Source of the DNA: Acidobacteriota bacterium
Lineage (GTDB): Bacteria; Acidobacteriota; UBA6911; RPQK01; JAJDTT01
Assembly (NCBI GenBank): GCA_965263035.1
Contig: OZ253580.1
Span: forward strand, 5,312,001 to 5,376,000
Direction of reading: 5' to 3'
Length of the DNA: 64,000 bases
Under the pieces are notes generated by a model. The model was given only the letters and a program-made list of their open reading frames with translations. It was not told the origin of the DNA and did not search any database. How positions within the stretch are numbered: the first letter of the stretch is position 1; each line of letters opens with the position of its first letter. The translations under genes and the position numbers were made by a program. This document shows positions 39,817-49,302 of this stretch, piece after piece.

Positions 39817-41289
39817 ATGAGTTTGCAGACGAGAATCCTCCGATATTTGAAGGATCAGGCCGACCACCGGCTCTTGCCCTTCCACCGCGAGTTCATACGG
39901 GGCGCATACGATCCGAGCTGCCAGATCGCCGCTGCGAGCTATCCACGCGGCGCAGCGAAGACGTGGCTGTCGGCCCAGCTGCTCGCATGTTCCCTCAGAC
40001 CACGCTCCCCACTGTTCCGGGCCGGTATCGAGAATCTGGCGATTTCGGCCTCCTTGGAACAGTCGCGGGTCCTGGTGACGTTCGTCCGGCAGATCCTGGA
40101 GCCTTTGGGCGGATATGTTTTCGTCGATTCGAGCCAGCGATTGCAGGTCCGGCATAAGGCGACGAACACGAAATTGAGGGTGCTGAGTTCGAGTGGAAAG
40201 CGAGCACTCGGCCTCTCCCAATTCCAGGCGATTTATGGCGATGAGCCGGGATCGTGGGAATCGAGAAACGGCTTGCTGGTTTGGGATGCGTTGCGCACTT
40301 CATTGGGAAAACTTCCAGGACAGAAACTCATCCTGACCGGTACTCAGGCACCGGCTGATCTCGATTCATGGTGGCCCAATCTCCTTTCCCTGGGATCGGG
40401 ACCCGGGCGCTACGTCCAGGTGCTCGCTGCCGATCCATCCGAGCCCTGGGATGCGTGGCCAACCATCTACGGATGCAATCCCATGGTGTGGAGCAATCCG
40501 CACCTGAGAAAGACGATTTTGAGGGAGCGGGACGAGGCTCGGAAGGACGAAACGCTTAGGGCCTCCTTCAAGGCGTTCCGACTAAATCAGTTGGTGAACG
40601 TCAACGCCGACATGCTGCTCTCGGTGGCTGACTGGAAACGCGTCGAACAGCGTCCCGTTCCTCCACGGGAAGGCCGTCCGATCTGTGGCCTTGACCTCGG
40701 AGCGGAACGAAGTTGGTCCGCAGCCTTTTTGGTGTGGAAAAACGGGAGAAGCGAGTGCTACGCCCTCTGTCCTGGAATACCCAGCTTGTCTCGGAGAGAG
40801 CAGCAGGACGCACAACCCAGGGGTCTCTATCGGAGACTACATGCCGATGGGCATCTCTTGGTCGATGAGGGCCGCAGGGTCTCCCGTCCGAAGGTGTTGA
40901 CCGATCACCTCAAGAAGGTAGGCATCCGCCCCACGGTGGTCTTCTGCGACCGCTTCCAGCTCGGGACGCTGAAGGATGCCGTTACGTGGCCGATCCAGCC
41001 GCGAACGGCCCGATGGAGTGAAGCGACGGAAGACATTTCCTCGTTCCGGCGGATCGCCAAGGATGGACCCCTGGCCATCGAGAAGAAGTCCCGGCCACTG
41101 GCTCGGCTCGGACTGAGTCAGGCCACGGTCGAGACCGACTCCCAAGGTTCCATCCGCATGAAAAAACGGCGGGCGGACCGATCACGCGATGATGTGGCGG
41201 TCAGTGCCGTGCTGGCATCAGGCGGGCTCGTCCGGGCGCTGTCGCGTCCGCAGGCTCCACGGTGGAGATACCGGGGGCGAGTCCAATGA
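39817..41289 (+). CDS. terL: Terminase large subunit
   Basis: PRGAAKT Walker A-like, YGDE Walker B, GLDLG nuclease motif, C-terminal RDDVAVS. Confidence 0.85.
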   Translation: MSLQTRILRYLKDQADHRLLPFHREFIRGAYDPSCQIAAASYPRGAAKTWLSAQLLACSLRPRSPLFRAGIENLAISASLEQSRVLVTFVRQILEPLGGYVFVDSSQRLQVRHKATNTKLRVLSSSGKRALGLSQFQAIYGDEPGSWESRNGLLVWDALRTSLGKLPGQKLILTGTQAPADLDSWWPNLLSLGSGPGRYVQVLAADPSEPWDAWPTIYGCNPMVWSNPHLRKTILRERDEARKDETLRASFKAFRLNQLVNVNADMLLSVADWKRVEQRPVPPREGRPICGLDLGAERSWSAAFLVWKNGRSECYALCPGIPSLSRREQQDAQPRGLYRRLHADGHLLVDEGRRVSRPKVLTDHLKKVGIRPTVVFCDRFQLGTLKDAVTWPIQPRTARWSEATEDISSFRRIAKDGPLAIEKKSRPLARLGLSQATVETDSQGSIRMKKRRADRSRDDVAVSAVLASGGLVRALSRPQAPRWRYRGRVQ

Positions 41290-41573
41290 GGCGTCCTGGG
41301 GATCTTTCCAGTAGGCAGCTGGTCCGGACCAGGAGACGGTTGTGGGCCGAGCAGAAGTCCCGGTGCGGGAAGTGCGCCCGTCTGACCCGGCTCCAGGATA
41401 TGGAACTGCATCATAGGAAGATGCTTCGAGACGGCGGCACCAATGATCCGGGCAACCTGATTTTGTGGTGCAAGCCGTGCCATACGGAAGAAACACGATT
41501 CCAGAACACCTCTGCCGAGATTCGTGACGAGGCTCGGCGGTGGCGTCAATTCCTAACAGGAGAAAGAGCATGA
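41286..41573 (+). CDS. HNH endonuclease (terminase cofactor type)
   Basis: CGKC, ELHH..LRDGGTND..NL..CKPCH. Confidence 0.9.
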   Translation: MRRPGDLSSRQLVRTRRRLWAEQKSRCGKCARLTRLQDMELHHRKMLRDGGTNDPGNLILWCKPCHTEETRFQNTSAEIRDEARRWRQFLTGERA

Positions 41574-42778
41574 CCACGAAACAGAAATTGGAGTTGAGGC
41601 GTTCGGAACTTCGCTCCCGGCTGGCGGAGATCGCCGGTTTGGACAAACTGACGGATGAGGTCCGCACCGAGTCGAAACAGCTCGAAAGCGAGTTTGCAGA
41701 CTTGGAGACGAAATACCGCGCCGCCTTGCTTTCCGAGCAGGAGAAGGAGACCCGTGCGGCTGTCGATGATCCCGGCGGCGAGCAGAAGGCGCTCAGGCGG
41801 TTGCTGGAACGTGCCAATGTCGGCACGAAACTGGTGTCCATCGTCGAGGGGCGGTCGGTCGCCGGTGCGGAGGCGGAGGTGGATCAACATTTCAAGATCG
41901 AGGGTGATGGGCTGGCCATCGACTACCTTCGGGAGACCCGAGCCGTAACTCCCGGTCCGGCGGATGTCGGAGCCGTGCAGCAGCCCATCATCGGCCAGAT
42001 CTTCCCGGATGGAGTGGCCAGCTTCCTGGGTGTCTCGATGCCCACGGTCGGAGTCGGAGAGCAGACCTACACCGTCCTGACCACCGGCGCGGACGTGCGG
42101 ACCCCGGCAGAGAATGCCGCCGCAGCCGAGACCACCGGCGCATTCACGGCCAGCGTCTTGGCTCCCAAACGGGCGCAGGCGTCATTTTTCTGGAGCATCG
42201 AGGACGAGGCGAGGCTGGCGGGGATGGAAGCGGCACTCCGGCAGAATCTCCGGATGGCGTTGTCCAGCAAGTTCGACAACCTGTTGCTGAACGACACCAC
42301 GGCTGGATTGCTGGAAGGTGGTCTCACTCAGGCCGGCGATCCCTCATCCCAAGCGGATTACGGCGCTTACAAGTCGTCGGTCGTCAATCAGGTTGACGGG
42401 AAATTTGCGTCCATGCCGGATCAGGTTCGGCTGGTACTTGGCGCCAAAACTTACCAGCACGCCGACGGCCAATATCGAGGGACGACCTCGAACTGGAGCT
42501 CGGACGATTCCGGCTTCGAGGCGATCCAGAGAAAGTCCGGCGGCGTCCGGGTGTCCGATCATGTACCGGACCCGGCGTCCAACATCCAGAAGGCCGTGGC
42601 CGCTCGCCGGATCAACGCCATGCACGCCGTCATGCCGCTCTGGAGAAGGTTAACCGTGATTCCGGATCGCGTGACCAAGGCCAGCGCCGGGCAGGTTCTG
42701 GTAACGGTGGTGGCACTTTGGGCGCTGAAGGTGCTGCGCGCGGATGGATTCCAGGCGCTGAAATTCAAGCTGGCTTGA
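41570..42778 (+). CDS. HK97-type major capsid protein with N-terminal delta domain
   Basis: Coiled-coil N-terminus, then PQ-like IIGQIF, AENAA, L.PKR, LR..L...FD..LLN; ends F..LK. Confidence 0.75.
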   Translation: MTTKQKLELRRSELRSRLAEIAGLDKLTDEVRTESKQLESEFADLETKYRAALLSEQEKETRAAVDDPGGEQKALRRLLERANVGTKLVSIVEGRSVAGAEAEVDQHFKIEGDGLAIDYLRETRAVTPGPADVGAVQQPIIGQIFPDGVASFLGVSMPTVGVGEQTYTVLTTGADVRTPAENAAAAETTGAFTASVLAPKRAQASFFWSIEDEARLAGMEAALRQNLRMALSSKFDNLLLNDTTAGLLEGGLTQAGDPSSQADYGAYKSSVVNQVDGKFASMPDQVRLVLGAKTYQHADGQYRGTTSNWSSDDSGFEAIQRKSGGVRVSDHVPDPASNIQKAVAARRINAMHAVMPLWRRLTVIPDRVTKASAGQVLVTVVALWALKVLRADGFQALKFKLA

Positions 42779-42781
42779 GCG

Positions 42782-43207
42782 ATGCCAATCACAATTCTGC
42801 GAGGTCCAGCGGGAGCGGGGAAGTCACAATATCTGGAGGAAAATCTCCAGCCTGGTGAAATCACTATCGACATTACCCCGCTCCACGTGGCCCTCAATCA
42901 CCCCGTTTTGCGGCGAGGACCGGACGGCAAGTATCCGATCCGTCAGCCGGACGATCTGAGCCTGAACCTGGCCCGGATCGCCAAGCGGTTCCTGGTGGGA
43001 CGGGCGGAGGCGCTGGGCGTGAGTGGGTACGTGACCACCTCCGATTCCAGCCCGGAGGAGATCGAGAAGATCCGGGGTTGGGGAGCGACAGGTCGGGTTG
43101 TGACCGTTGACCCTGGCGAGGCCGTCGTTCGGCGCAGGCTGGCGGACTCGACCGGCGAGGTGCCCGACGCTTGTGAAGACTCGATTGTCCGGTGGTACAG
43201 CGTATGA
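42782..43207 (+). CDS. Small P-loop NTPase/kinase-like protein
   Basis: ILRGPAGAGKS Walker A; VDPG..VVRRRL lid motif. Confidence 0.75.
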   Translation: MPITILRGPAGAGKSQYLEENLQPGEITIDITPLHVALNHPVLRRGPDGKYPIRQPDDLSLNLARIAKRFLVGRAEALGVSGYVTTSDSSPEEIEKIRGWGATGRVVTVDPGEAVVRRRLADSTGEVPDACEDSIVRWYSV

Positions 43208-43656
43208 GAATCGTTGCGCGCGTTGAAATCCGGGAGGCGAAGGGCGTCAAGCGGTTGGAGCTGACCCTGATTCAGGAGGGTCGGGCAGCCGCCGGTGGAC
43301 GCGCGGAAGTATTCGCCCCAGGGTCTCTTTCCTGGCCCGATGAGGGAGTAGCAATTCGCTCCGTCCACCTGGGTCCCGCCATAGGCAGAGCCCATCCAGC
43401 ACGAAGGCCCGATGGGCGAATCCAGATTTCCACCAAGGCCAACGCAGCCATGGTCAAGGCCGTCGAGGTGGAAGGCAAGCGGGGCGCCAGTGTCGAGTTT
43501 GTCCCCATTCGGCAAACCACGACGCAGGGGGGTGTGACGGAGGTTCGGCGGGCCTTCGTCGATGGTGTCGCACTGGTGGTCAATCCGGAGTACTCACAGG
43601 GCCGGGCCGAGATCCGAAGCCGTGAGAAGGGGAGGAGCATCTTGTGGCGACTCTGA
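43204..43656 (+). CDS. HK97-type prohead protease
   Basis: EVFAPGSL, H, GASVEF catalytic Ser, ALVVNPEY. Confidence 0.8.
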   Translation: MRIVARVEIREAKGVKRLELTLIQEGRAAAGGRAEVFAPGSLSWPDEGVAIRSVHLGPAIGRAHPARRPDGRIQISTKANAAMVKAVEVEGKRGASVEFVPIRQTTTQGGVTEVRRAFVDGVALVVNPEYSQGRAEIRSREKGRSILWRL

Positions 43657-44030
43657 GCCCGTGGCCCACGGACAGCGGACCAGCTCTGGACGAGATCCGG
43701 CGGCATCTGTACGCCCACGAGCTGGCGGGGGTTGACGACTCCCCAGACATGGTTCTGGAACTTCTGGGAGCGGCGAGTGCGGCCCTGGTCGAGAAATACG
43801 CTCCTGCCGCTCCGGCGGTGATCAAGAATCTTTCAGTGATCAGATGCGTCCAGTATCTCGTCGCACGTTCGGGCGGCAATCCTAGCCAGACGATCGAGTC
43901 CCTGGGCGACTACTCCGGCACCCGCGAGTTCGCGCCCTCTATGATCTCCTGTCTCCGCCATTCCGGAGCAATGGCCGTATTGAGTCCCTTCAAGATCAGG
44001 CGAGCCCGGCCGTGTGAGGTTTCCGAATGA
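43644..44030 (+). CDS. Putative head-tail connector
   Basis: LL.AA...VEKY...AP..IK..IR, ESLGDYS, L.PFKIRR (gp6/gp15-like). Confidence 0.7.
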   Translation: MATLSPWPTDSGPALDEIRRHLYAHELAGVDDSPDMVLELLGAASAALVEKYAPAAPAVIKNLSVIRCVQYLVARSGGNPSQTIESLGDYSGTREFAPSMISCLRHSGAMAVLSPFKIRRARPCEVSE

Positions 44031-45103
44031 GGTGGCAAGGCCGGGAAATCAGCATCGGACGCCGTGAGACCCGATCCGTTGGGTACACGGACCGGCTCAC
44101 CCAGTTGCTTATCTCGCAATCCACAACCGTGACCGAAACCGATCCTTCCCGGACTGCCGCTCTGGAGATCTGCGCCGGGATCTGGGGCCGCGCCTTCGCA
44201 AGCGCGAAACCGGAACCAGAAGCGGCAGCTCAGGTGCTCACCCCGTCCGTCTTGAACATGGTGGGGCGCGAGTTGATCCGGAAAGGTGAGATCCTGTTCC
44301 GGATATCCGTGGCGGACGGGCGGCGTGTCCTGACTCCGGCGAGTGCCTGGGACGTGACCGGCGGTTCGGACCCCTCCTCTTGGCAATTCGTCGCCTCCTT
44401 CTCCGGACCCGATACCGAGAGTGAGGCTACGCTCGATTGGGCTGAGACCGCGTTGTTGACCTGGGCCGTGGAGCCCGGACAGCCATTTAAGGGCCTGGGA
44501 CCGCTTGAAGTGGCCGATCTGACCGGGAGCTTATGCGGGAGCTTGGAGAAGAGCCTGAGCGACGAGGCGGCGACGCCACACGGATTCCTGATGCCGGTCC
44601 CGCAGGCCGACGAGGTGGACGATGATGAGGTCGATCCGCTAGCCGAGATGCGGGCGGATTTGAAGCAGCTGAACGGCGGCCTGAGTTTGGTAGAAACTAC
44701 GTATGGCGGCCACGGCGAAGGCCGTGGTGCTGCCCCTCAAAAGGACTGGGTGCCGAGTCGGCTCGGGCCTGCTGTTCCAGATTCCTTATGCAAGCTCCGG
44801 GAGGACGTACACCGTTCGGTCCTGAGCGCCTGCGGGATCTCCCCGGCGATGGTCGGCGGGCGTTCGGACGGAACTGCAAGGAGAGAAGCCTACAGAACCT
44901 TTGCTCACCTGAGCTTGACCCCAGTGGGCCGGATGGTCTCGGCTGAACTGGCCGACAAGCTGGACATCCCGGACCTGAAATTCGACTGGTCGGCGTTGAT
45001 GGCTGGAGACATCACCGGCAAGGCGCGGGCGTTCGCCAGTCTGGTCAAATCCGGCATGGACGTAACGAAAGCCGCCAGCCTCTCGGGGCTGATGGTGGAA
45101 TGA
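44027..45103 (+). CDS. Portal protein
   Basis: ALEICA..GRAFAS, LIRKGE, GLGPL, ACGISP.MVG, L.P....ELADKL. Confidence 0.8.
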   Translation: MRWQGREISIGRRETRSVGYTDRLTQLLISQSTTVTETDPSRTAALEICAGIWGRAFASAKPEPEAAAQVLTPSVLNMVGRELIRKGEILFRISVADGRRVLTPASAWDVTGGSDPSSWQFVASFSGPDTESEATLDWAETALLTWAVEPGQPFKGLGPLEVADLTGSLCGSLEKSLSDEAATPHGFLMPVPQADEVDDDEVDPLAEMRADLKQLNGGLSLVETTYGGHGEGRGAAPQKDWVPSRLGPAVPDSLCKLREDVHRSVLSACGISPAMVGGRSDGTARREAYRTFAHLSLTPVGRMVSAELADKLDIPDLKFDWSALMAGDITGKARAFASLVKSGMDVTKAASLSGLMVE

Positions 45104-45467
45104 CGATAAACCCGCAGACCAGGACAGGACGCTGGCAGCGGGCCTCTCGGTGAAACCTTTGGTTTTGTTAGGCCGAGAGGGAAACAGCCGAGCCCATTCG
45201 GTTCGGCTGGACGGTTGCCGGTGTTCAATTCCGCCGGTTGCCGCAGTCGGGGTTATGAGTTCGCCCCGGCGTCTTTGGGGCCGGTTTCTTACAGGGTTCC
45301 CGGCCCCACCTTCCTCCACCCCACACGCAAGGGTCCCAGTAGGGTCGTTGGGCCATCGGCTGCACACCGAAGCTGGACCTCACCCTCCGTCCGCTACCGA
45401 TTGCTCGGCCCTGGATGGCCCCGGATCGTCTGGCCGCGCCTACCCATACCTACCATCCTCCACACGC

Positions 45468-46565
45468 TCAGGCGCTCTTGACGGAGCGGAGTTGTGGGCG
45501 CTTGTCCAGGTATTGCAGGATGCCGTCCCGCTCGGAGTCTTCGGTCCCGACGTAGTGGGCGCACATGGAGGCGGACTTCCACCTGAGTATTCTTTGCACG
45601 CGTTGCAGGGGCATCCCGGAGGCTGTCAACTCCATGGCGAGTCCCCGGCGCAGTCCGTGGAATCTGACCCGGCCCGGAGAGGGCAGCCCCGCCTTCTTGG
45701 CCCATTTCTTGATCTGTAGTTGGATCTGATTCGTCCGAAGTCCGTCCGGCTGGACCCCACCGTTGATCACCTTCCGGAACAGGGGACCGTCGTCGATCCC
45801 GGCCACGTCCATCCAGCGCTGAATCCGCTTGGCGGTGCGGGACCGGACGATCTGCACGGCTCCGACCCCGGCCTGGTCCGTTTTGCTGGATCTGATCGTG
45901 ATCCGGGCATGACCCTCCGGCCGGAAATCCACGTCCTGGACCTGGAGCGCGGCAATTTCGCCGACTCTCAGCCCACCATCAAAGGCGGCGTAGAACATGG
46001 CGGCGTCCCTGAGTCCCCATAGGCTGAAGGCAGCGTCACACGCGGACACCAGCTGCTCCAGTTGGGACTCCCGTAGTCCCGGTGCTTGTCCCCGTCCCCG
46101 TCCCCGTCCCTTGGCGGAAATCTTCTTCATCGCATTCTTGACGTGACGGCCCGTGGGAATCGGCTGATCCATGGCTATGGCCCGGAACCGTGCGGCGAGC
46201 ACCACGTTCTTGAGCGTCGGCGGGGATGCCTTGCGGCGCAGCTTCGCCAGCCGGTACTTACCGTTGGCCTTGCGATATCTCCGGTGGATCGTAATCTGGC
46301 CGTTGTGTCGGAGCAGGAGATACCGGGAAAGTGTCACGTCCGTGAGTTCCCGGCCCGTCTCCTCCAGCCACCTGTCCAGGTGCCGGAGAGCGCTTTGGTA
46401 CTGCTTGCGGGTGGAATCCGCGACGGACATCCAGGCCATCTCCATCCCAAAGTCGGGCGCGGATTCCTCCGGGATCTCGATCAGGTCCGGGTCGGGTTCG
46501 GGCGACTGGCTCTGTTTGGGCATCGCGAACACCACGTTTTGAAATTGCGAGTTGACTCCGAGCAC
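45468..46565 (-). CDS. Cre-like tyrosine recombinase/integrase
   Basis: RDAAMF..GGLRVGE, SKTDQ.G.G, HGLRRG, RWKS..M..HY; AAGGAGG RBS; starts ~100 bp from the right att. Confidence 0.9.
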   Translation of the reverse strand: MLGVNSQFQNVVFAMPKQSQSPEPDPDLIEIPEESAPDFGMEMAWMSVADSTRKQYQSALRHLDRWLEETGRELTDVTLSRYLLLRHNGQITIHRRYRKANGKYRLAKLRRKASPPTLKNVVLAARFRAIAMDQPIPTGRHVKNAMKKISAKGRGRGRGQAPGLRESQLEQLVSACDAAFSLWGLRDAAMFYAAFDGGLRVGEIAALQVQDVDFRPEGHARITIRSSKTDQAGVGAVQIVRSRTAKRIQRWMDVAGIDDGPLFRKVINGGVQPDGLRTNQIQLQIKKWAKKAGLPSPGRVRFHGLRRGLAMELTASGMPLQRVQRILRWKSASMCAHYVGTEDSERDGILQYLDKRPQLRSVKSA

Positions 46566-46660
46566 GGCGTAACCTCCTTGGCTCTAGTGCCAACCCTCTA
46601 CCCTCCTCTTTCGCAAGTTGCGCGGCGATCGATAGATAAAAATGCTGTCGCCGGTAATCC

Positions 46661-48289
46661 TTGAAGCTCTACACCCTCTCCGAATATCTGGAGCGCCGCT
46701 ACGATCAGCGCAGCCGCGCCGCCTACGCCGTCATTCTGGTCATCACCATGGCCGTGGTCCAACTGGTTCCGGCGCTCTACATCGGCGCCCGTTCCAGTTG
46801 CGTGCTCATGGGCGGAGCCGCGCTCGAGGTGATCGGTTCGGAATCGATTCCCGGAGAGATAGTGGACGCGGAGCCGGGATCGGGCGATTCGTCGGAGGCG
46901 CCGGCCAAGTCGAAGCTGGGCGTGAACCGTTTTCACTACAGCATCTTCGTTCTGATCCTGGCCGCTATCGCCACCAGCTACACCATCTTCGGCGGACTCA
47001 AGGCGGTGATCTGGACGGACGTGATCCAGTCGGTCCTGCTTCTGCTGGGCGGCATCCTCCTGGCGACCCTCACCTTTGACCGGCTGGGAGGTTGGAGTGC
47101 CCTGATGGAACTGGATCGAGCGGGTTCCGGCAAGATGCGCCTCTATTTGCCCAGCGATCATCCCGATCTGCCCTGGACCGGTGTCCTGACCGGTCTGATG
47201 GCGCTGCATATCTTCTATTGGGGGACGAACCAGTTCATCGTCCAGCGTGCACTGAGTGCCCGGAGCGACTCGCAAGCGCGTCTGGGAATCGTAGCGGCCG
47301 GGTTCCTCAAATTGCTGATCCCGTTCTTCTCCATCGCCAGCGGAGTGGCGGCCTTCTATCTCTTCCAGTCCGAGCTGCCGAATCGTTCCGTGGCCCCCGA
47401 TACCGCTTTCACCGAGTTGATCGTTCTGGTGATCCGGCCCCTCGGATTCGGACTCATCGGCGTGATCTCGGCCGGCGCCGTGGGAGCCATCCTGTCCTCC
47501 ATCGATTCCATGATGAACTCGGCCGCCACCATCGTCAGCATGGACCTCTACCGCCGGTACCTCAATCCTCAGGCCAGCGACGCCCAGATGATCCGGGTGG
47601 GACGATGGTCCATCCTGGGGTTAGTCTCGCTCGCCAGCCTGTTCGCTCTTTTCGTCATCGATCCCAACTCGGAAAAGAATTTCTTCCTGCAGATCGTCGA
47701 CTATCAGAGCTACCTCACGCCCGGGCTCCTGGTGGTCTTCCTGCTGGGGCTGTTCTGGCGGCGGACGACACCCACCGCGGCTTTTGTCACCATCTTCCTT
47801 GGCGTTTTCTATTCCTGGGTCGTGGAGTGGATCTACCTCGCGCACTTGGCACACTTACCCGGGGTGGCGTCGTTGACAGGGGAGGTGCTCAACTTCTTTC
47901 ACCGGGTCCTCGTGGTCGTGGTGCTGTGCACGTTGACGGCCGTCTTGGTGAGCCGCTTGGGCAGCTGCCCCGAGGAAAAAGCGAAGCTGACGTGGTCCGG
48001 CGTGCTCAACGTTTCAACGGAGGCAGTCAGGAATCTGCTCCTGGGACTGGCGGTATGGTTTGGAGTCCTGGTGGCCCTGGCCGCGGCTGTGGCCGGAGGC
48101 CGTCTGGCACCGGAGTCCGCGGCCGTTCTTGCTTCGGTCCTGACCCTGGGAATGTTCTGGATGCTGCTGAGGCGCCGCGCCCGGAGCCGGGGGCCCGCGA
48201 GTTTCGTGTCCTGGGTCATTCGCGAAGACCGATTCTGGGCCGGATGCCTCTGTGCGGCCGTCGTCTTCTTTCTCTTCTATTTCTATTGA
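46661..48289 (+). pseudogene. Sodium:solute symporter, 3' half
   Basis: TLSEYLERRY, YTIFGGLKAVIWTDVIQ, YWGTNQFIVQRAL, LSSIDSMMNS. Confidence 0.9.
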
Positions 48290-48416
48290 TCCGGACTCCG
48301 GACGCTTGCGGGAGGACGGACCCCGGTATCTGTTCGCGCCGGGAAATCTCTCGCGCTTAGCAGTCCGCCGGGATGCAGGGACGGTCGAATGCCGTGGCGA
48401 CTTTTGCCATGGGCTG

Positions 48417-49250
48417 TTAGGCCGCCCCATTGGTCTGTTTCCGGACGGCTCGCCGGATCCCGGCCCGGAGCAGCGACGGAAACAGGAGTTTGAACAGCGG
48501 GAGGAATCCCATGGCTCTGGGGATGTAGAGGTTCCCCCCCGGTCCCGGAAGCGAGTTCACAATTCGGCGGGAGCACTCCCGGACGCTCACGCCTCGCTCA
48601 CGCCGGGACCGATGTGCAGAGGATCCCAAGGGTGACCCGTCTGCGGAAAGGGCGCTAGCTCGGATTCCGGTGTTCCGGATCCATCCCGGCATCACATTCA
48701 AAATCCGGACTTCTCCGTGCAACTCGGTCCGCAGCGTCTCCAGGAGACCGTCCAAGGCGTGCTTGCTGGCGGTGTACCCGCTGTGAAACGGCACGCCGAC
48801 GCGGCCTTGGACGGAGGAGATGGCCACGATCATTCCTTGGTGCTCTTTCAAAGGCGCGAGAGCGGGGTGGATGCAGTGGACGGCGCCCAGGTAGTTCACT
48901 TCCATGAGCGTCCTGAAGATGTCGGTGTTGCGAACCTGGTCGAAGAGCGTCCACATGCTCACGCCGGCGCTGAGGATGAGATAGTCCAGAGTTCCGAATT
49001 CCGCGGTCACCGCCGATACCGTTTCACGGCATTGCCGGGCGTCGGTCACGTCGGTGGGAACAACGAGGCAGTCGGCTCCGATTCGCCGGACGCCGGCGGC
49101 CGTGTCAGCGAGGGTCCGCTCCGAGCGGGAAGCCAATCCCAGGCTCAATCCCTGGGCGGCCAGATCAAGGGCCAGTCTTTTCCCCAGCCCTGAGGAAGCG
49201 CCGGTGATGAGGGCCGTCTTGCCCTGGAGTTTGGAGTTCCGGTTTGGCAT
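48417..49250 (-). CDS. SDR oxidoreductase, DHRS7/DHRS7B-like
   Basis: TGASSGLG, ISSVQG..VPFHSGYTASKHAL. Confidence 0.88.
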   Translation of the reverse strand: MPNRNSKLQGKTALITGASSGLGKRLALDLAAQGLSLGLASRSERTLADTAAGVRRIGADCLVVPTDVTDARQCRETVSAVTAEFGTLDYLILSAGVSMWTLFDQVRNTDIFRTLMEVNYLGAVHCIHPALAPLKEHQGMIVAISSVQGRVGVPFHSGYTASKHALDGLLETLRTELHGEVRILNVMPGWIRNTGIRASALSADGSPLGSSAHRSRRERGVSVRECSRRIVNSLPGPGGNLYIPRAMGFLPLFKLLFPSLLRAGIRRAVRKQTNGAA

Positions 49251-49302
49251 GGATCAGCTGGTGCCGTGTCTCGTCCTGGCGCCGTCGCGCGCTTGTCGTT
49301 AA

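Larger units (their letters stand above)
36764..46666. mobile_element. Integrated tail-less capsid-forming element (cf-PICI-like satellite or minimal prophage), ~9.9 kb
   Basis: TTGAAG repeats at 36764-36769 and 46661-46666; removal restores the SSS frame; head-packaging genes and a tyrosine recombinase, no tail genes. Confidence 0.88.

Noticed and set aside
45215-45240. GTTCAATTCC as a second tRNA T-arm
   Set aside because: The flanks do not form a canonical T-stem or cloverleaf
46088-46110. (CCCCGT)n repeat
   Set aside because: Encodes the GRGRGRG linker within the recombinase
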